Positions 9,259 through 19,525 of a stretch of DNA of 64,000 nucleotides are shown here, piece by piece. Source of the stretch: a virus. Every line of letters starts with the position of its first letter. Position 1 is the first letter of the stretch. The position numbers and the translations under genes were made by a program. Below the pieces are notes generated by a model. That model had not been told where the DNA came from. It worked only from the letters and a program-made list of their open reading frames with translations, and ran no database searches. The DNA lies in the IMG/VR virus record IMGVR_UViG_3300027708_000021; one strand, 5' to 3'.

Positions 9259-9759
9259 ATGCGAATATTAACTTTAGACAACGAACCATACGACTTAGAT
9301 CATCTTCCCGAAGAAATAGATGATATGCGATTTAGTATTTTAGATAACTCCAATCCACAAGATCCAGATTATCACTACATTCCATTAATCTTTTTAGAAA
9401 GTTTTAATGCTCCTGCGTTAGTGTTAAAAATTGGTGAACATAAAGTTCGTATGCCTGTTGATTGGCAACTATTAATCGGTGAACCAGACTTTGGTGACTT
9501 AGAAGTTATACCATTATCAGCACTTAATGATCGCGGGTTTAAAGCATTTCAGTTTAATCCAATCACAAGTTTTAGACCAAGTTTTCTTGATGTAGAAATT
9601 TTAGATGTGTATCAGGATGTAGCGTGGTATGCCCCTAAACTTAAAAACGGACAGATGTTATGTGTTCCTTTAAGTGACGGCAAAGAACCGGAATGTGTAT
9701 ATTTTGTCAAAGATATCAGTCGTACTTGCGAAGTAGTAGATTATAATAAGGCATTTTAA
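9259..9759 (+). CDS. Hypothetical protein (beta-rich)
   Basis: 166 aa ORF at the head of the replication-accessory operon. Confidence 0.75.
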   Translation: MRILTLDNEPYDLDHLPEEIDDMRFSILDNSNPQDPDYHYIPLIFLESFNAPALVLKIGEHKVRMPVDWQLLIGEPDFGDLEVIPLSALNDRGFKAFQFNPITSFRPSFLDVEILDVYQDVAWYAPKLKNGQMLCVPLSDGKEPECVYFVKDISRTCEVVDYNKAF

Positions 9760-9762
9760 TTC

Positions 9763-10209
9763 ATGGACAAATTAAGCATCAGCAACGAAATGACACAGTT
9801 TGATCGTAAGAATCGAGACTTTTACGACAGCTTGACTGACGAAGAGCGTAAAAAGTTTTCTACATTTCTAATGATTAGATATGGTAGTAGTGTAAGTGGT
9901 GGCAGAGATTTACAGGAATTTTATCTTATTTCTGCTAACGAAAGACTTAATAAGAATTTCTTCTCCTTACACAAGCATCCTAAACTACAATGGCTAATGG
10001 CAACAACTGTAAGTCCTGGTATGGGAACATTTAGGCATAATTGGATAGCAACAAAGAAAAAAGAACCCAGCTCAAGTAGTATTAAAAAACAAATAGCGGA
10101 ATGGTACCCACAATTAAAAAACGATGAAGTAGAGCTAATGGCAAGAATTAATACTAAAAAAGAGATAGACGCACATATGAAACAATTAGGACAGGAGAGT
10201 AAAAAATGA
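9763..10209 (+). CDS. Clamp-loader small subunit (gp62-like)
   Basis: E+KKF..FLMIRY.S, N...N, H..LQW pattern typical of T4-like clamp loader A subunits. Confidence 0.6.
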   Translation: MDKLSISNEMTQFDRKNRDFYDSLTDEERKKFSTFLMIRYGSSVSGGRDLQEFYLISANERLNKNFFSLHKHPKLQWLMATTVSPGMGTFRHNWIATKKKEPSSSSIKKQIAEWYPQLKNDEVELMARINTKKEIDAHMKQLGQESKK

Positions 10210-10442
10210 TTTGGTTTTTTTCAAAACAATCTAACCCAGCAGAGCCAGATTTCAATCAAGTAGAATATATTGATACAGACGGCACAGTATATAGATATAA
10301 GCCGGTAAAACATATTACAGCCAACGAAGTCGCTAGGCTTTTACCGTTGTTTTTAAATCCCAATACTACAGCAGCAGATTCAATTGCTTACATTAAAAAA
10401 GAAAATTTAGAACGAAACTTTGTTATTAACCCAGAAGAATGA
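10206..10442 (+). CDS. Hypothetical protein
   Basis: 78 aa, translationally coupled (ATGA overlaps). Confidence 0.6.
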   Translation: MIWFFSKQSNPAEPDFNQVEYIDTDGTVYRYKPVKHITANEVARLLPLFLNPNTTAADSIAYIKKENLERNFVINPEE

Positions 10443-11113
10443 GTTATACTTGCCAGTATTGTAAGAAGAATTTTATCAAAGAATCTTCTTTGACTGTGCA
10501 TTCTTGCGAGCCCAGGAGGCGTAGACAAGAAAAAGATGAAGCTGGAGTTAGATTAGGATTTAATTCTTATATAAAATTTTACGAATTAACCCAAGGATCA
10601 GCTAAGTTAAAAACCTATGATGATTTTTGTGAAAGTCCTTACTACAAAGCCTTTGTAAAATTTGGCAGATATTGTGTAAACACAAAAGTTATTAATCCGG
10701 CTCGCTTTACAGAATGGGTACTAAAGCAAAATAAAAAATTAGACTACTGGTGTAGTGATAAACTCTATGAAGAATATTTATTATTCTATCTTAAAGTAGA
10801 ACGAATGGAAGATGCGTTGGCCCGTGGTATAGAACACGCACTAACATGGGCCGAAGAAAAGGAAGCGCCGTCGCAAGATTATCTGCGTTATGGTAATCAC
10901 AATGTTATAACAAGTTCTATAGTCAACGGCCGTATTAGTCCGTGGATATTATATAATTGTGAATCGGGGCAGAGATTTTTATCTGAAATGAGTACAGAAC
11001 ATCAAGCAATGGTGTGGACATATATAGATCCTGATGTATGGACAAAAAAATTAAAAGACGATCCAGCTAATCGTATTGAAGCACAAGAATTATTACAAAA
11101 GGCAGGATGGTAA
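10439..11113 (+). CDS. Zn-finger protein (N-terminal C2H2/C2HC-like)
   Basis: YTCQYCKKNFIKESSLTVHSC. Confidence 0.75.
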   Translation: MSYTCQYCKKNFIKESSLTVHSCEPRRRRQEKDEAGVRLGFNSYIKFYELTQGSAKLKTYDDFCESPYYKAFVKFGRYCVNTKVINPARFTEWVLKQNKKLDYWCSDKLYEEYLLFYLKVERMEDALARGIEHALTWAEEKEAPSQDYLRYGNHNVITSSIVNGRISPWILYNCESGQRFLSEMSTEHQAMVWTYIDPDVWTKKLKDDPANRIEAQELLQKAGW

Positions 11114-11700
11114 TGTCAGCAGATATTGATATCGATTTGGCCGATAGAGAACAAGTATTAAAACTTATTCAGGCTATACCCGCACGACAATTACATCAAG
11201 GGCAAGTTCGCAAGCATAATTCGGGTGTTTATGTTACTGACATTCCTTATGATCCAATTAACCAATGTGCGGCTATTACATACGAAGAAGCAGAACAACG
11301 CAATTATTTTAAAATTGATTTATTAAATATGTCAGTTTATCAACTAATTAAAAATCCAGAACACTATGAAGAAATATTAAAGAAAGAGCCACCTTGGAAA
11401 AGACTGTGGACTGATATTGAGTGGACTAAACAACTAGCCCATATAGGTAACTATACTGATTTATTAATAAAAATGAAGCCCGATTCAATTCCAAGGATGG
11501 CGGCCTTTATTGCTATTATTAGACCAGGCAAAGCGCATTTACAAAATTGTACTTGGGAAACTGTATTTGAATCTGTATGGGATGGCAACGACACTAAGGG
11601 GTTTATTTTTAAACATTCGCATTCAATAAGTTATGCGGCTTTAGTAGCCTTGCATATGAATTTATTGGACGAAATCAGTCCATTCGCCGAACTAAAGTAA
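11107..11700 (+). CDS. Miniature DnaE (Pol III alpha)-like nucleotidyltransferase
   Basis: ADIDID (PDIDID), KHNSGVYV (HAAGVVI), FKIDLL (KFDFL), IIRPG (LYRPG), FKHSHSISYA (FNKSHSAAYA) in only 197 aa. Confidence 0.8.
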   Translation: MVMSADIDIDLADREQVLKLIQAIPARQLHQGQVRKHNSGVYVTDIPYDPINQCAAITYEEAEQRNYFKIDLLNMSVYQLIKNPEHYEEILKKEPPWKRLWTDIEWTKQLAHIGNYTDLLIKMKPDSIPRMAAFIAIIRPGKAHLQNCTWETVFESVWDGNDTKGFIFKHSHSISYAALVALHMNLLDEISPFAELK

Positions 11701-12052
11701 TACTCTTACGCTTGGATTTTTTTCGGGCCATTTCTGCTAAACTACAAACTGGGCCGTGTAAAACTTCGAGGTCTTTGTTAATAAAAGTACGCAAATAAAT
11801 TCTAAATGGGTCCCAATCTTGTTTTAAAAAGATATTAATAGGGATGGATCTGTTACTTTCCCACCACCAAGTATTGGCTAATTCTAAGAATAGTTTTTTT
11901 GCTTCTAAATCAGTTATACTTCCGAAGTCATAGATAGTAGTAATGACATCATCGCGATTTTGTATAATCCCTACATATTCTTGGGAGGCATAGACACACA
12001 GCGTTATAAACGGGTATTTGTCGGTTAATTTTGTGAAGATTTCTGCGTTCAT
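11675..12052 (-). CDS. Hypothetical protein
   Basis: 125 aa; TAAATA on the - strand at about 12076-81; divergent from 12123. Confidence 0.7.
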   Translation of the reverse strand: MNAEIFTKLTDKYPFITLCVYASQEYVGIIQNRDDVITTIYDFGSITDLEAKKLFLELANTWWWESNRSIPINIFLKQDWDPFRIYLRTFINKDLEVLHGPVCSLAEMARKKSKRKSITLVRRMD

Positions 12053-12122
12053 CTATTAATAGTTATCATTTGGAATATTTATGGTTTAAAAATATCTCGT
12101 TAAATATCGGTAAATATTGTGT

Positions 12123-13271
12123 ATGTATTCAACCACCGCTTACCTTTATCAGCAACGAACACAGGTACTCTTGATAGATTCAAGCGGGCAATTCTTCACA
12201 GCAAGGTACGACCCAGTGTACGCTAAACGACTAACCCTAAATTTAGGAGTAGATAATGTCCTCCTGTTTTCCTTTGTCAATCAGGACGAAAAGCCCGTTA
12301 ATGTAAACGGTAGCACCTTTACATTCCGGATCACAAACACAGCAGGAACCGTGCTATTATTACAAGCACCTATGACGATTCTTAACGCAGCAACCGGCCA
12401 AGTTAAAGTTTCCATTCCTGCGGAAGATACCTTAGAATTAATTGCTCAGCCGGCAAGTTATTCTATCAGCGTACAAAGTGGTATATTAAATCAAGCAGTA
12501 TTTACTAATGCCCAGGCTGGTGCCCGTGCCCCGATTGATTTGGTAAATTCAGTATTTCCACGATTTGTACCAAGTGTTCCACTTACAATTCCTACTACCA
12601 GCCTAAGCTCACAGACAAGTTTTGACGGAGCAGGATACGAACAATATCCGGGGTGGGCTGGTAACTGGTATTACGGGGGTAATGGTAGTTGGTATAATAA
12701 CAACTATCAAAATACAGAATTCTATTCAAGTTTTATTGAGCCAAAAAATTATATCACAACAATTCAAATGGATTTGATTGGATACACTGGAACAATTAAG
12801 GCTCAGTTCGCTCAAAACTACGAAAGTATTTGGTACAACATTACAGAATCAACAACCTACTACAACGAAACAAGAACAATTTATATGAATGTAGCTGGTT
12901 GGTACCCATTGTTAAGACTATGTTTTAACAACAGTCTTTTCTCCACTCCAAATCCCCCAGGTGTGCCTGCGTCTGCTTATGCGGTATGTAACGAAGGAGT
13001 GCTTACTGATGTCGTTATACAAAATGGCGGATACGGTTATTTGGCTCCGCCACAAGTTGATATTGTAGGCAACGGTGCTGGCGCCAGAGTTACTTCTGTA
13101 ATCGATGTTAACGGAACTGTCACTGGTTTTAATATTATTAATGGCGGATCTGGATATTGGCCAATACCTTCGGGCGGTGTTAATCCAGCAGCTTATCCGG
13201 TCCCGCCAGCCCAGCAAGGCGCTTTCCCGATCATTTCAACTGGCTATATTACCAATATACTCTACCGTTAA
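12123..13271 (+). CDS. Virion structural protein (baseplate/BppU-like Ig-fold N-terminus, GGxGY repeats)
   Basis: Late promoter; VIQNGGYGYLAPPQVDI and INGGSGY repeats typical of baseplate/tail proteins. Confidence 0.6.
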   Translation: MYSTTAYLYQQRTQVLLIDSSGQFFTARYDPVYAKRLTLNLGVDNVLLFSFVNQDEKPVNVNGSTFTFRITNTAGTVLLLQAPMTILNAATGQVKVSIPAEDTLELIAQPASYSISVQSGILNQAVFTNAQAGARAPIDLVNSVFPRFVPSVPLTIPTTSLSSQTSFDGAGYEQYPGWAGNWYYGGNGSWYNNNYQNTEFYSSFIEPKNYITTIQMDLIGYTGTIKAQFAQNYESIWYNITESTTYYNETRTIYMNVAGWYPLLRLCFNNSLFSTPNPPGVPASAYAVCNEGVLTDVVIQNGGYGYLAPPQVDIVGNGAGARVTSVIDVNGTVTGFNIINGGSGYWPIPSGGVNPAAYPVPPAQQGAFPIISTGYITNILYR

Positions 13272-13309
13272 TTGTTGATTTTAGTGTTTTAATCTGCTAT
13301 AATTGTAGC

Positions 13310-14290
13310 ATGATTGATGTGATTTCTTTTCTTCCTAGTAAACGAAAACATACTAGCTCGGGCTGGATATCATTTAACGCACCTTGTTGTATTCATAGAG
13401 GCAATACTCAAGACAAACGACAGCGCGGCGGACTCAAACCTAACGCTGAAAACGGTTGGAGTTATCATTGTTTTAATTGTGGTTATACTGCTAGTTTTAT
13501 TTTAGGTCGTAGCTTATCATTCAAAGCTCGAACACTATTAAAGTGGTTGGGTGTAGATCAGCAGAGTATTGAACAAATTAATATCGAAAGTCTACGACAT
13601 CGAACTATGAATGGTTTGATAGAAAATCAAAAAACTAAGATTAAAGCAGTCGAATTTGAAGAGCGAGATTTGCCAGCTGATTTGGAACTTATAAACCTTG
13701 ACAATCCTGACCATTTCCCGTATATTGAATACTTAGAAGGTAGATGTATTGATTGTGTGAGCTATCCATATATGGTAAGTCCGCAAGCTGAGGGAAGATC
13801 AAGCAAACGCATTGTAATACCATTTACACACAAAGGTGTAATAGTAGGAAATACTTCTAGATTTATCGATGGCAGACAACCTAAATTTATATCAGACACA
13901 CAACAAGGTTATGTATTTGGAGTCGATTTACAGAAAGATAGTTGGGAACATCTAATCGTAGTAGAAGGAGTATTTGACGCACTTGCTATTAATGGCCTGG
14001 CGGTATTACATAATGATATTAACGATACACAAGTCCAGGTAATTAAAAGTTTAGGAAAGAATATAACAGTGGTGCCAGACCAGGACCAAGCTGGAATAGC
14101 ATTAGTAAATAAGGCAATAGAATTAGGATGGGGTGTTAGTATCCCCGAATGGCCTGGCGGTGTCAAAGACGTAAATGATGCTGTAATTCGTATGGGCAAG
14201 GTTGCAACTTTACTAACTATATTAAATGCCAGAGAAACTAACAAATACAAAATTGAAATAAAAAGGAAGCAACTTGTTAAAAGACTATAG
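13310..14290 (+). CDS. DNA primase (gp61-like)
   Basis: Zn ribbon (PCC...HCFNC), TOPRIM VVEGVFDAL, PDQDQAG, KDVND; sigma70 promoter 13275-13303. Confidence 0.9.
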   Translation: MIDVISFLPSKRKHTSSGWISFNAPCCIHRGNTQDKRQRGGLKPNAENGWSYHCFNCGYTASFILGRSLSFKARTLLKWLGVDQQSIEQINIESLRHRTMNGLIENQKTKIKAVEFEERDLPADLELINLDNPDHFPYIEYLEGRCIDCVSYPYMVSPQAEGRSSKRIVIPFTHKGVIVGNTSRFIDGRQPKFISDTQQGYVFGVDLQKDSWEHLIVVEGVFDALAINGLAVLHNDINDTQVQVIKSLGKNITVVPDQDQAGIALVNKAIELGWGVSIPEWPGGVKDVNDAVIRMGKVATLLTILNARETNKYKIEIKRKQLVKRL

Positions 14291-15677
14291 TATTGAAGTA
14301 CAAAAATTATTTTTAGAAATGATGCTCAGCGATGCTGAATCATTTGTTCGTGTTCAAAATATCTACAACCCAGAAAACTTTGATCGTAGTTTACGAACGA
14401 CCGCAGATTTTATTAAAACTCACTACGAAGAACACGGTTCACTTCCTGTATTAGCGCAGATTAATGCGGCGACAGGATCTAAATTAGAAGCCCTACCAGA
14501 TTTGCCAGATGGTAATTTAGATTGGTTCATGGAAGAGTTTGAAGGTTTTACTAAAAAAGAAGAACTAAGTAGAGCAATTCTCAAGTCATATGATATGCTA
14601 GACAAGGGAGAGTTTGCGCCAGTAGAAAAATTAATCAAAGATGCGGTACAGATTAGTTTGTTAAAAGACATGGGCACAGATTATTTTGCCGATCCCAGGG
14701 GTCGAAATGACAAGTATTTTAATAGTGGTGGGCAAGTAAGTACAGGCTGGCCAAGTTTAGATAGAATATTATATGGTGGATTCAGTCGCGGAGAACTTAA
14801 TATTTTTGCTGGGGGCTCGGGCTCGGGAAAATCTTTAGTTATGATGAATATTGCTATTAGCTGGTTGGAACAAGGACTAAGCGGAGCATATATAAGTTTA
14901 GAACTTAGTGAAGAACTAGTTGGATTGCGTACTGATGCTATGCTGTCCAGTATGTCAACTAAAGACATTCGTAAAGATTTAGAAACAGCTGAATTAAAAA
15001 TTAAAATGTTTGGCAAAAAAGCTGGACAATATCGAGTAAAATCATTGCCAGCACAAAGTAACATTAATGATGTGCGTTCATATTTAAAAGAAGTACAAGT
15101 ACAAACAGGAATTAAAGTTGATTTTATTATGGTTGATTATTTAGATTTATTAATGCCAGCTAGCGTTAAAGTTAACCCAAATGATCAGTTTATTAAAGAC
15201 AAGTATGTGGCGGAAGAATTGCGTAACTTAGCGCAAGAATTGGGGATATTATTGGTTACCGCATCGCAGTTAAATCGCGGAGCAGTTGAAGAGATTGAAT
15301 TCGATCATAGTCATATTGCTGGTGGTATTTCTAAGATTAATACCGCAGATAATGTATTTGGTATCTTTACAAGTCGTGCTATGAAAGAGCGTGGACGCTA
15401 TCAATTACAATGTATGAAAACTCGTACAAGTAACGGGACAGGGCAAAAGGTAGAATTAGACTATAATGTTGAAACCATGCGTATTACTGATTTACCTGAA
15501 GATGCTGCTCCTGTAAATTCATTCAAAAAATCTAACATTTACGACAGTATAAAAACACAAAGTAAGGTTAGTAGTGGTGAAACTATTGACGCTGGTACGG
15601 GTGAAATTGGAAAAATTACGGCAGAAGTACAAAGTAGCAAATTAAAGGCATTATTGGGGCAAATTAAACAGAATTAA
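14274..15677 (+). CDS. Replicative helicase (gp41/DnaB-like)
   Basis: GGSGSGKS, SLELSE, VDYLDL, TASQLNR, KTR motifs. Confidence 0.92.
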   Translation: MLKDYSIEVQKLFLEMMLSDAESFVRVQNIYNPENFDRSLRTTADFIKTHYEEHGSLPVLAQINAATGSKLEALPDLPDGNLDWFMEEFEGFTKKEELSRAILKSYDMLDKGEFAPVEKLIKDAVQISLLKDMGTDYFADPRGRNDKYFNSGGQVSTGWPSLDRILYGGFSRGELNIFAGGSGSGKSLVMMNIAISWLEQGLSGAYISLELSEELVGLRTDAMLSSMSTKDIRKDLETAELKIKMFGKKAGQYRVKSLPAQSNINDVRSYLKEVQVQTGIKVDFIMVDYLDLLMPASVKVNPNDQFIKDKYVAEELRNLAQELGILLVTASQLNRGAVEEIEFDHSHIAGGISKINTADNVFGIFTSRAMKERGRYQLQCMKTRTSNGTGQKVELDYNVETMRITDLPEDAAPVNSFKKSNIYDSIKTQSKVSSGETIDAGTGEIGKITAEVQSSKLKALLGQIKQN

Positions 15678-15729
15678 AAGCCAGACTATAATTTAAATTG
15701 TAATAAATAATAAAAAGGTTCTGGCAATT

Positions 15730-15978
15730 ATGCAAAAGAAAACCCGCAGTTTATTAGAAGAATTAGATAGTATGTATATCGAGCGTGATCAGCGTCATGT
15801 TATCGAAAATCGTGCCTCTAATATCATTTCTTCAGCTATTCGTTTATTGGAACAAATTGACGAAAACTATCCACCAGAGCAAGCAGAGAACCTTACCCGT
15901 AAATTAATTAATGCGATTAAACTCCGTAATCCAGAAAAATTTACTCGCACAGTAAGGAAGACCGATGCAAATTCATGA
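15730..15978 (+). CDS. Hypothetical late protein
   Basis: 82 aa after TAAATA 15704. Confidence 0.7.
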   Translation: MQKKTRSLLEELDSMYIERDQRHVIENRASNIISSAIRLLEQIDENYPPEQAENLTRKLINAIKLRNPEKFTRTVRKTDANS

Positions 15979-17062
15979 AATAACTAAGCGCCAGCGTATA
16001 GACGAAGGTTTATTGGGTGATGTAAAAAATGCTATTACTAGAAAAGCTACGGCTGTTTATAAAGATAAAACACAAGCTATTAAAGACAAAGTAGCGGCTG
16101 TAAAAAACATTCCAACCCAAGCTAAACAAGACTATCTTGGCGGTGTAAAAGCTGCTAAAAGATCAGGCGAAGATAATAATCTAATGGCAAGAATGGCTGG
16201 TGTTGGTAACATTTTTACCAAAGCAGGCGACCGCTGGCAGGAAAAACAATGGGATAAAACACAGGATACAAGAAATAGTCAAGCCGCTGATGCGGCTAAA
16301 ATCTTGGCTAGAAAAGGTTTTAAAGTTGATACTACAACTCCGGCCGCCAGAGCACAAACTCCTACTAGAGTTAAACAACAAAAACTTGCTCAACTACAAC
16401 AGGCATTTGATCAAGAATTTGAACTTATGCCAAATGCGGCTCAAATGCATGCTCAGCAACAAGCAGCAAAAGCAGAAAAAGCAGCAAAAGCCTATGCTCC
16501 AAAAACACAACAAAATATAGCGGCACAAAATAAACAAATGAGTCCACAGTCAGGAATTAAAGAAGCACAAGTTGATCCAAATAAACTGGCCACTATGAAA
16601 GCAAGGGCGAAAGCTCCTGGTGTTACCCAACCAAACAATGACACAACAAAAAAAGATATCGCTACTGAATTTCCAGGCTGGATAAGGCAAAAAATACCAG
16701 GATTGGATAAAGCCCCGCCTGAAGTTACAACAAAATTAAACGGCATTTTTTCACAAATGAAAATACAAGCAGGAAAAAATCCTAAAGCAGTTGATCAAGC
16801 ATTTCAACAATATGCTGATTTAGCATTATCTTCTGTAGCGCCGGCTCAAGATCAGCAAAGACAGCAAGGGCAACAAGCTCAAGGTGGAGCAGATCCTAGC
16901 GCAGGATATGCCCGCAATGGTATTGCCAACTCCATAGGATTAGACTCATCGGCTGTTGCTGCTCTCCAACAGCGTATTATACAAAATAAAGAACCACTTA
17001 GATCCACAGATACTGGTTCTCCTACTGTAAATAAATTAATACAGGCGCTGTTAAAGAAATGA
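15965..17062 (+). CDS. Putative internal head protein, Gln/Ala-rich
   Basis: N-terminus MQIHEI...IDEG; low complexity. Confidence 0.55.
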   Translation: MQIHEITKRQRIDEGLLGDVKNAITRKATAVYKDKTQAIKDKVAAVKNIPTQAKQDYLGGVKAAKRSGEDNNLMARMAGVGNIFTKAGDRWQEKQWDKTQDTRNSQAADAAKILARKGFKVDTTTPAARAQTPTRVKQQKLAQLQQAFDQEFELMPNAAQMHAQQQAAKAEKAAKAYAPKTQQNIAAQNKQMSPQSGIKEAQVDPNKLATMKARAKAPGVTQPNNDTTKKDIATEFPGWIRQKIPGLDKAPPEVTTKLNGIFSQMKIQAGKNPKAVDQAFQQYADLALSSVAPAQDQQRQQGQQAQGGADPSAGYARNGIANSIGLDSSAVAALQQRIIQNKEPLRSTDTGSPTVNKLIQALLKK

Positions 17063-19008
17063 GCTTACTTAAAGAAGGCGGCAATGTTTTCAAGAACGAT
17101 GATAAACAAGCTCTGACCCAAAGAATCAATCAAACTGATGTAGCTATTACAGTTGATTGGTTAGAACAATTAACTGACCTCGATTTGCGCGGCGAGATAG
17201 ATCCTGATACTGGCTATCCAGAACGCTGGTTAGGGAGCTCAGGTAAGAAATCTACATCGGGAGATCTTGATTTAGCTGTCAATGCTAACGAAATCACCCA
17301 GCAACAATTAGTAGCAGAGCTGACCCAATGGTGTAATAGTCATAAATTAGATCCAAAAGAATATGTTAAGAACGCAGGCGGCCAAGTACACTTTAAAACG
17401 CCAATAGGCGGTAATCCAGACAAAGGCTATGTACAGACAGATTTTATGTTTATGAAAGATATGGGCGTAGGTCAGTTCTTTTTACAAGCATCACCTAATT
17501 CAAAATTTTCAGGTCAAGATAGAGCAGTGGTAGTAAATTCACTAGCTAAAGCATTTGGTTATAAATTAGACATGCGTCGTGGTATTATCGATCGTGCTAA
17601 TGAAGAAGTAGTTGAAACGGATCCTGACAAGATCGCTAAATTATTACTCAGTCCCGGAGCGACAAAGAAAGATCTTACCTCCGTGGAAAACATTGTCCAG
17701 GCATTAGAAAAAGACCCTAAAAAAGATGAAAAATTAGCAGATGCTAGAACACATTTCCAAAAAGTTGGCGTCCCATTTTTTGAAAATACAAGCACAGAAC
17801 TTTATACAGAAGTACATTTTTTAGCTCGCTTGCGTGATCGTATTGTTAATCAAGGCATGGAAAAATTAATCGAAAATACAGAAGTACAAGGTGGCAAAGC
17901 CAAAGGCATCGAACACATCGAAGATTTAGTATTTAGAAAAGGAACCGCAGGTATTAAGGAAGCACTTGCGGTCATTGAACATCTTAAAGATAACACAAAA
18001 TCATCTGTTACAGTTAAGTGGGATGGCAAACCTGCGGTAGTGTTTGGGCGCGAACCTAATGGAACTTTTGTGCTAACCGATGTAGCCGGGTTTGGTGCTG
18101 TAGGCTATAATGGTATGTTTACTAGTCCAAAACAAATCACACAACATTTAGCTAATCGCGATAACGAAGCAAAAGCCCAAGGCAAGTCAGCTAATCGGGT
18201 GGCTCAGCTAGCCCCCATATATCAAACATTATGGCCCATGCTTGAAGCCGCAACTCCGAAAGATTTTAAAGGTTATATCCAGGGCGATTTGTTGTATATT
18301 GCAACTCCTCCAGAAGTATCAGGCGCTTTTGTATTCAAACCTAATACAGTGGAGTATAATATTCCAGCTAGTTCTAAATTAGGCGAAGAAATTGCCGAAA
18401 GCCATGTGGGGATCGCTATACACACTTATTATAAAGAACAAGGCGCTGGTAAAGAACCATTAAGCAAGGTTGATCTAAATACAGTTCCAGGTTTGTTATT
18501 AATTGAACCTATAGCCCCGCAAGAAAATGTTAAGCCTACAGATAGTAGTTTAGTTAAGCAATTGAAGAGTTTGGTAAGCAGTAGCGGAACAGCTATTAAT
18601 ACTCTGTTTAGCCCTGCTGAATTACGCCAATTACAAATTAGTGATTTACCAAGACTATGCGTTGACTATATTAATAGTTTAGTCAAAGATGATTCTGTAG
18701 CAGACTTTGATCCCAATACATTGTTACCAGGATTTGGCAAATGGTTACAGTCTAAAGTGACTCCCCGCAAATACAACAACATTGTGGAATACTTACAAAG
18801 TCCTCGTAGTAACATGGACGGTATGAGTGCGGCGTTTACAGCCTTTGTATTGCTACACAATATCAAGATGGATATGCTACAGCAGCTAGACCGTCAACAC
18901 CCTGGGCAAGAAGGCTGGGTAATCGCTCACCCAGGTGGAATTACTAAATTTGTTAATAGATTTGGCTTTTCCCGGGCAAATGCGGCCCAGAATGCCCCAC
19001 AATCCTAA
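17059..19008 (+). CDS. Fusion of a Pol-beta-type nucleotidyltransferase and a KxDG (RNA-ligase-like/DUF6267-like) domain
   Basis: LGSSGKKSTSGDLDLAV...VQTDFM; HIEDLVF...TVKWDGKPAVVFG...YIQGDLLY...QEGWV...KFVNR. Confidence 0.65.
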   Translation: MSLLKEGGNVFKNDDKQALTQRINQTDVAITVDWLEQLTDLDLRGEIDPDTGYPERWLGSSGKKSTSGDLDLAVNANEITQQQLVAELTQWCNSHKLDPKEYVKNAGGQVHFKTPIGGNPDKGYVQTDFMFMKDMGVGQFFLQASPNSKFSGQDRAVVVNSLAKAFGYKLDMRRGIIDRANEEVVETDPDKIAKLLLSPGATKKDLTSVENIVQALEKDPKKDEKLADARTHFQKVGVPFFENTSTELYTEVHFLARLRDRIVNQGMEKLIENTEVQGGKAKGIEHIEDLVFRKGTAGIKEALAVIEHLKDNTKSSVTVKWDGKPAVVFGREPNGTFVLTDVAGFGAVGYNGMFTSPKQITQHLANRDNEAKAQGKSANRVAQLAPIYQTLWPMLEAATPKDFKGYIQGDLLYIATPPEVSGAFVFKPNTVEYNIPASSKLGEEIAESHVGIAIHTYYKEQGAGKEPLSKVDLNTVPGLLLIEPIAPQENVKPTDSSLVKQLKSLVSSSGTAINTLFSPAELRQLQISDLPRLCVDYINSLVKDDSVADFDPNTLLPGFGKWLQSKVTPRKYNNIVEYLQSPRSNMDGMSAAFTAFVLLHNIKMDMLQQLDRQHPGQEGWVIAHPGGITKFVNRFGFSRANAAQNAPQS

Positions 19009-19084
19009 TCCAACTCCTTAATTTTTTACCAAAAGACTAAATACACGTAGGACCTTTGAGTCCACATATAAAAGGAGAATTAAA

Positions 19085-19525
19085 ATGGCATCAATTCCAT
19101 TAGTATCAGGTGGTTCACAACCAGTATTCGCTATTGACACAAACAATGGCCCACAATTAGCAGCAAACGTAACCTACACACCAGTAGGCACACCAACAAA
19201 CTTCATGGGCCCAGCTCTTGACTTTTTTGGTATTGACTTAGGTGCTGATCCTTCAGCGCAAGCAGGTGTTAACGGCGCAATCCAGTATGTTTTGCAAAAT
19301 ATTCAGCAAACAAGTACTGTAGCAATTTATCAAGTTGCCGCAACTGCTAACGTTACAAACATGAGTATTGCTCTGTATCCAGTTGGTGCTTACACCGCGG
19401 CTACACTCCAAGCATCTATCCGCACATTGGGTGCTAACGTTGGTGGCACAGGTTACGACGCTACTGGCGCAACTGTAACAAATGTTGGTTTCCGTTTGGC
19501 TTCTACAGCTACAACAGCAAGCTAA
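19085..19525 (+). CDS. Virion structural protein (head decoration-like)
   Basis: Late promoter, strong RBS, Ala/Thr/Gly-rich, own terminator. Confidence 0.55.
   Translation: MASIPLVSGGSQPVFAIDTNNGPQLAANVTYTPVGTPTNFMGPALDFFGIDLGADPSAQAGVNGAIQYVLQNIQQTSTVAIYQVAATANVTNMSIALYPVGAYTAATLQASIRTLGANVGGTGYDATGATVTNVGFRLASTATTAS

Noticed and set aside
11107-11700. dnaE pseudogene
   Set aside because: Internal deletions spare every catalytic motif, with no frameshifts or flanking remnants, which fits a streamlined protein better than decay
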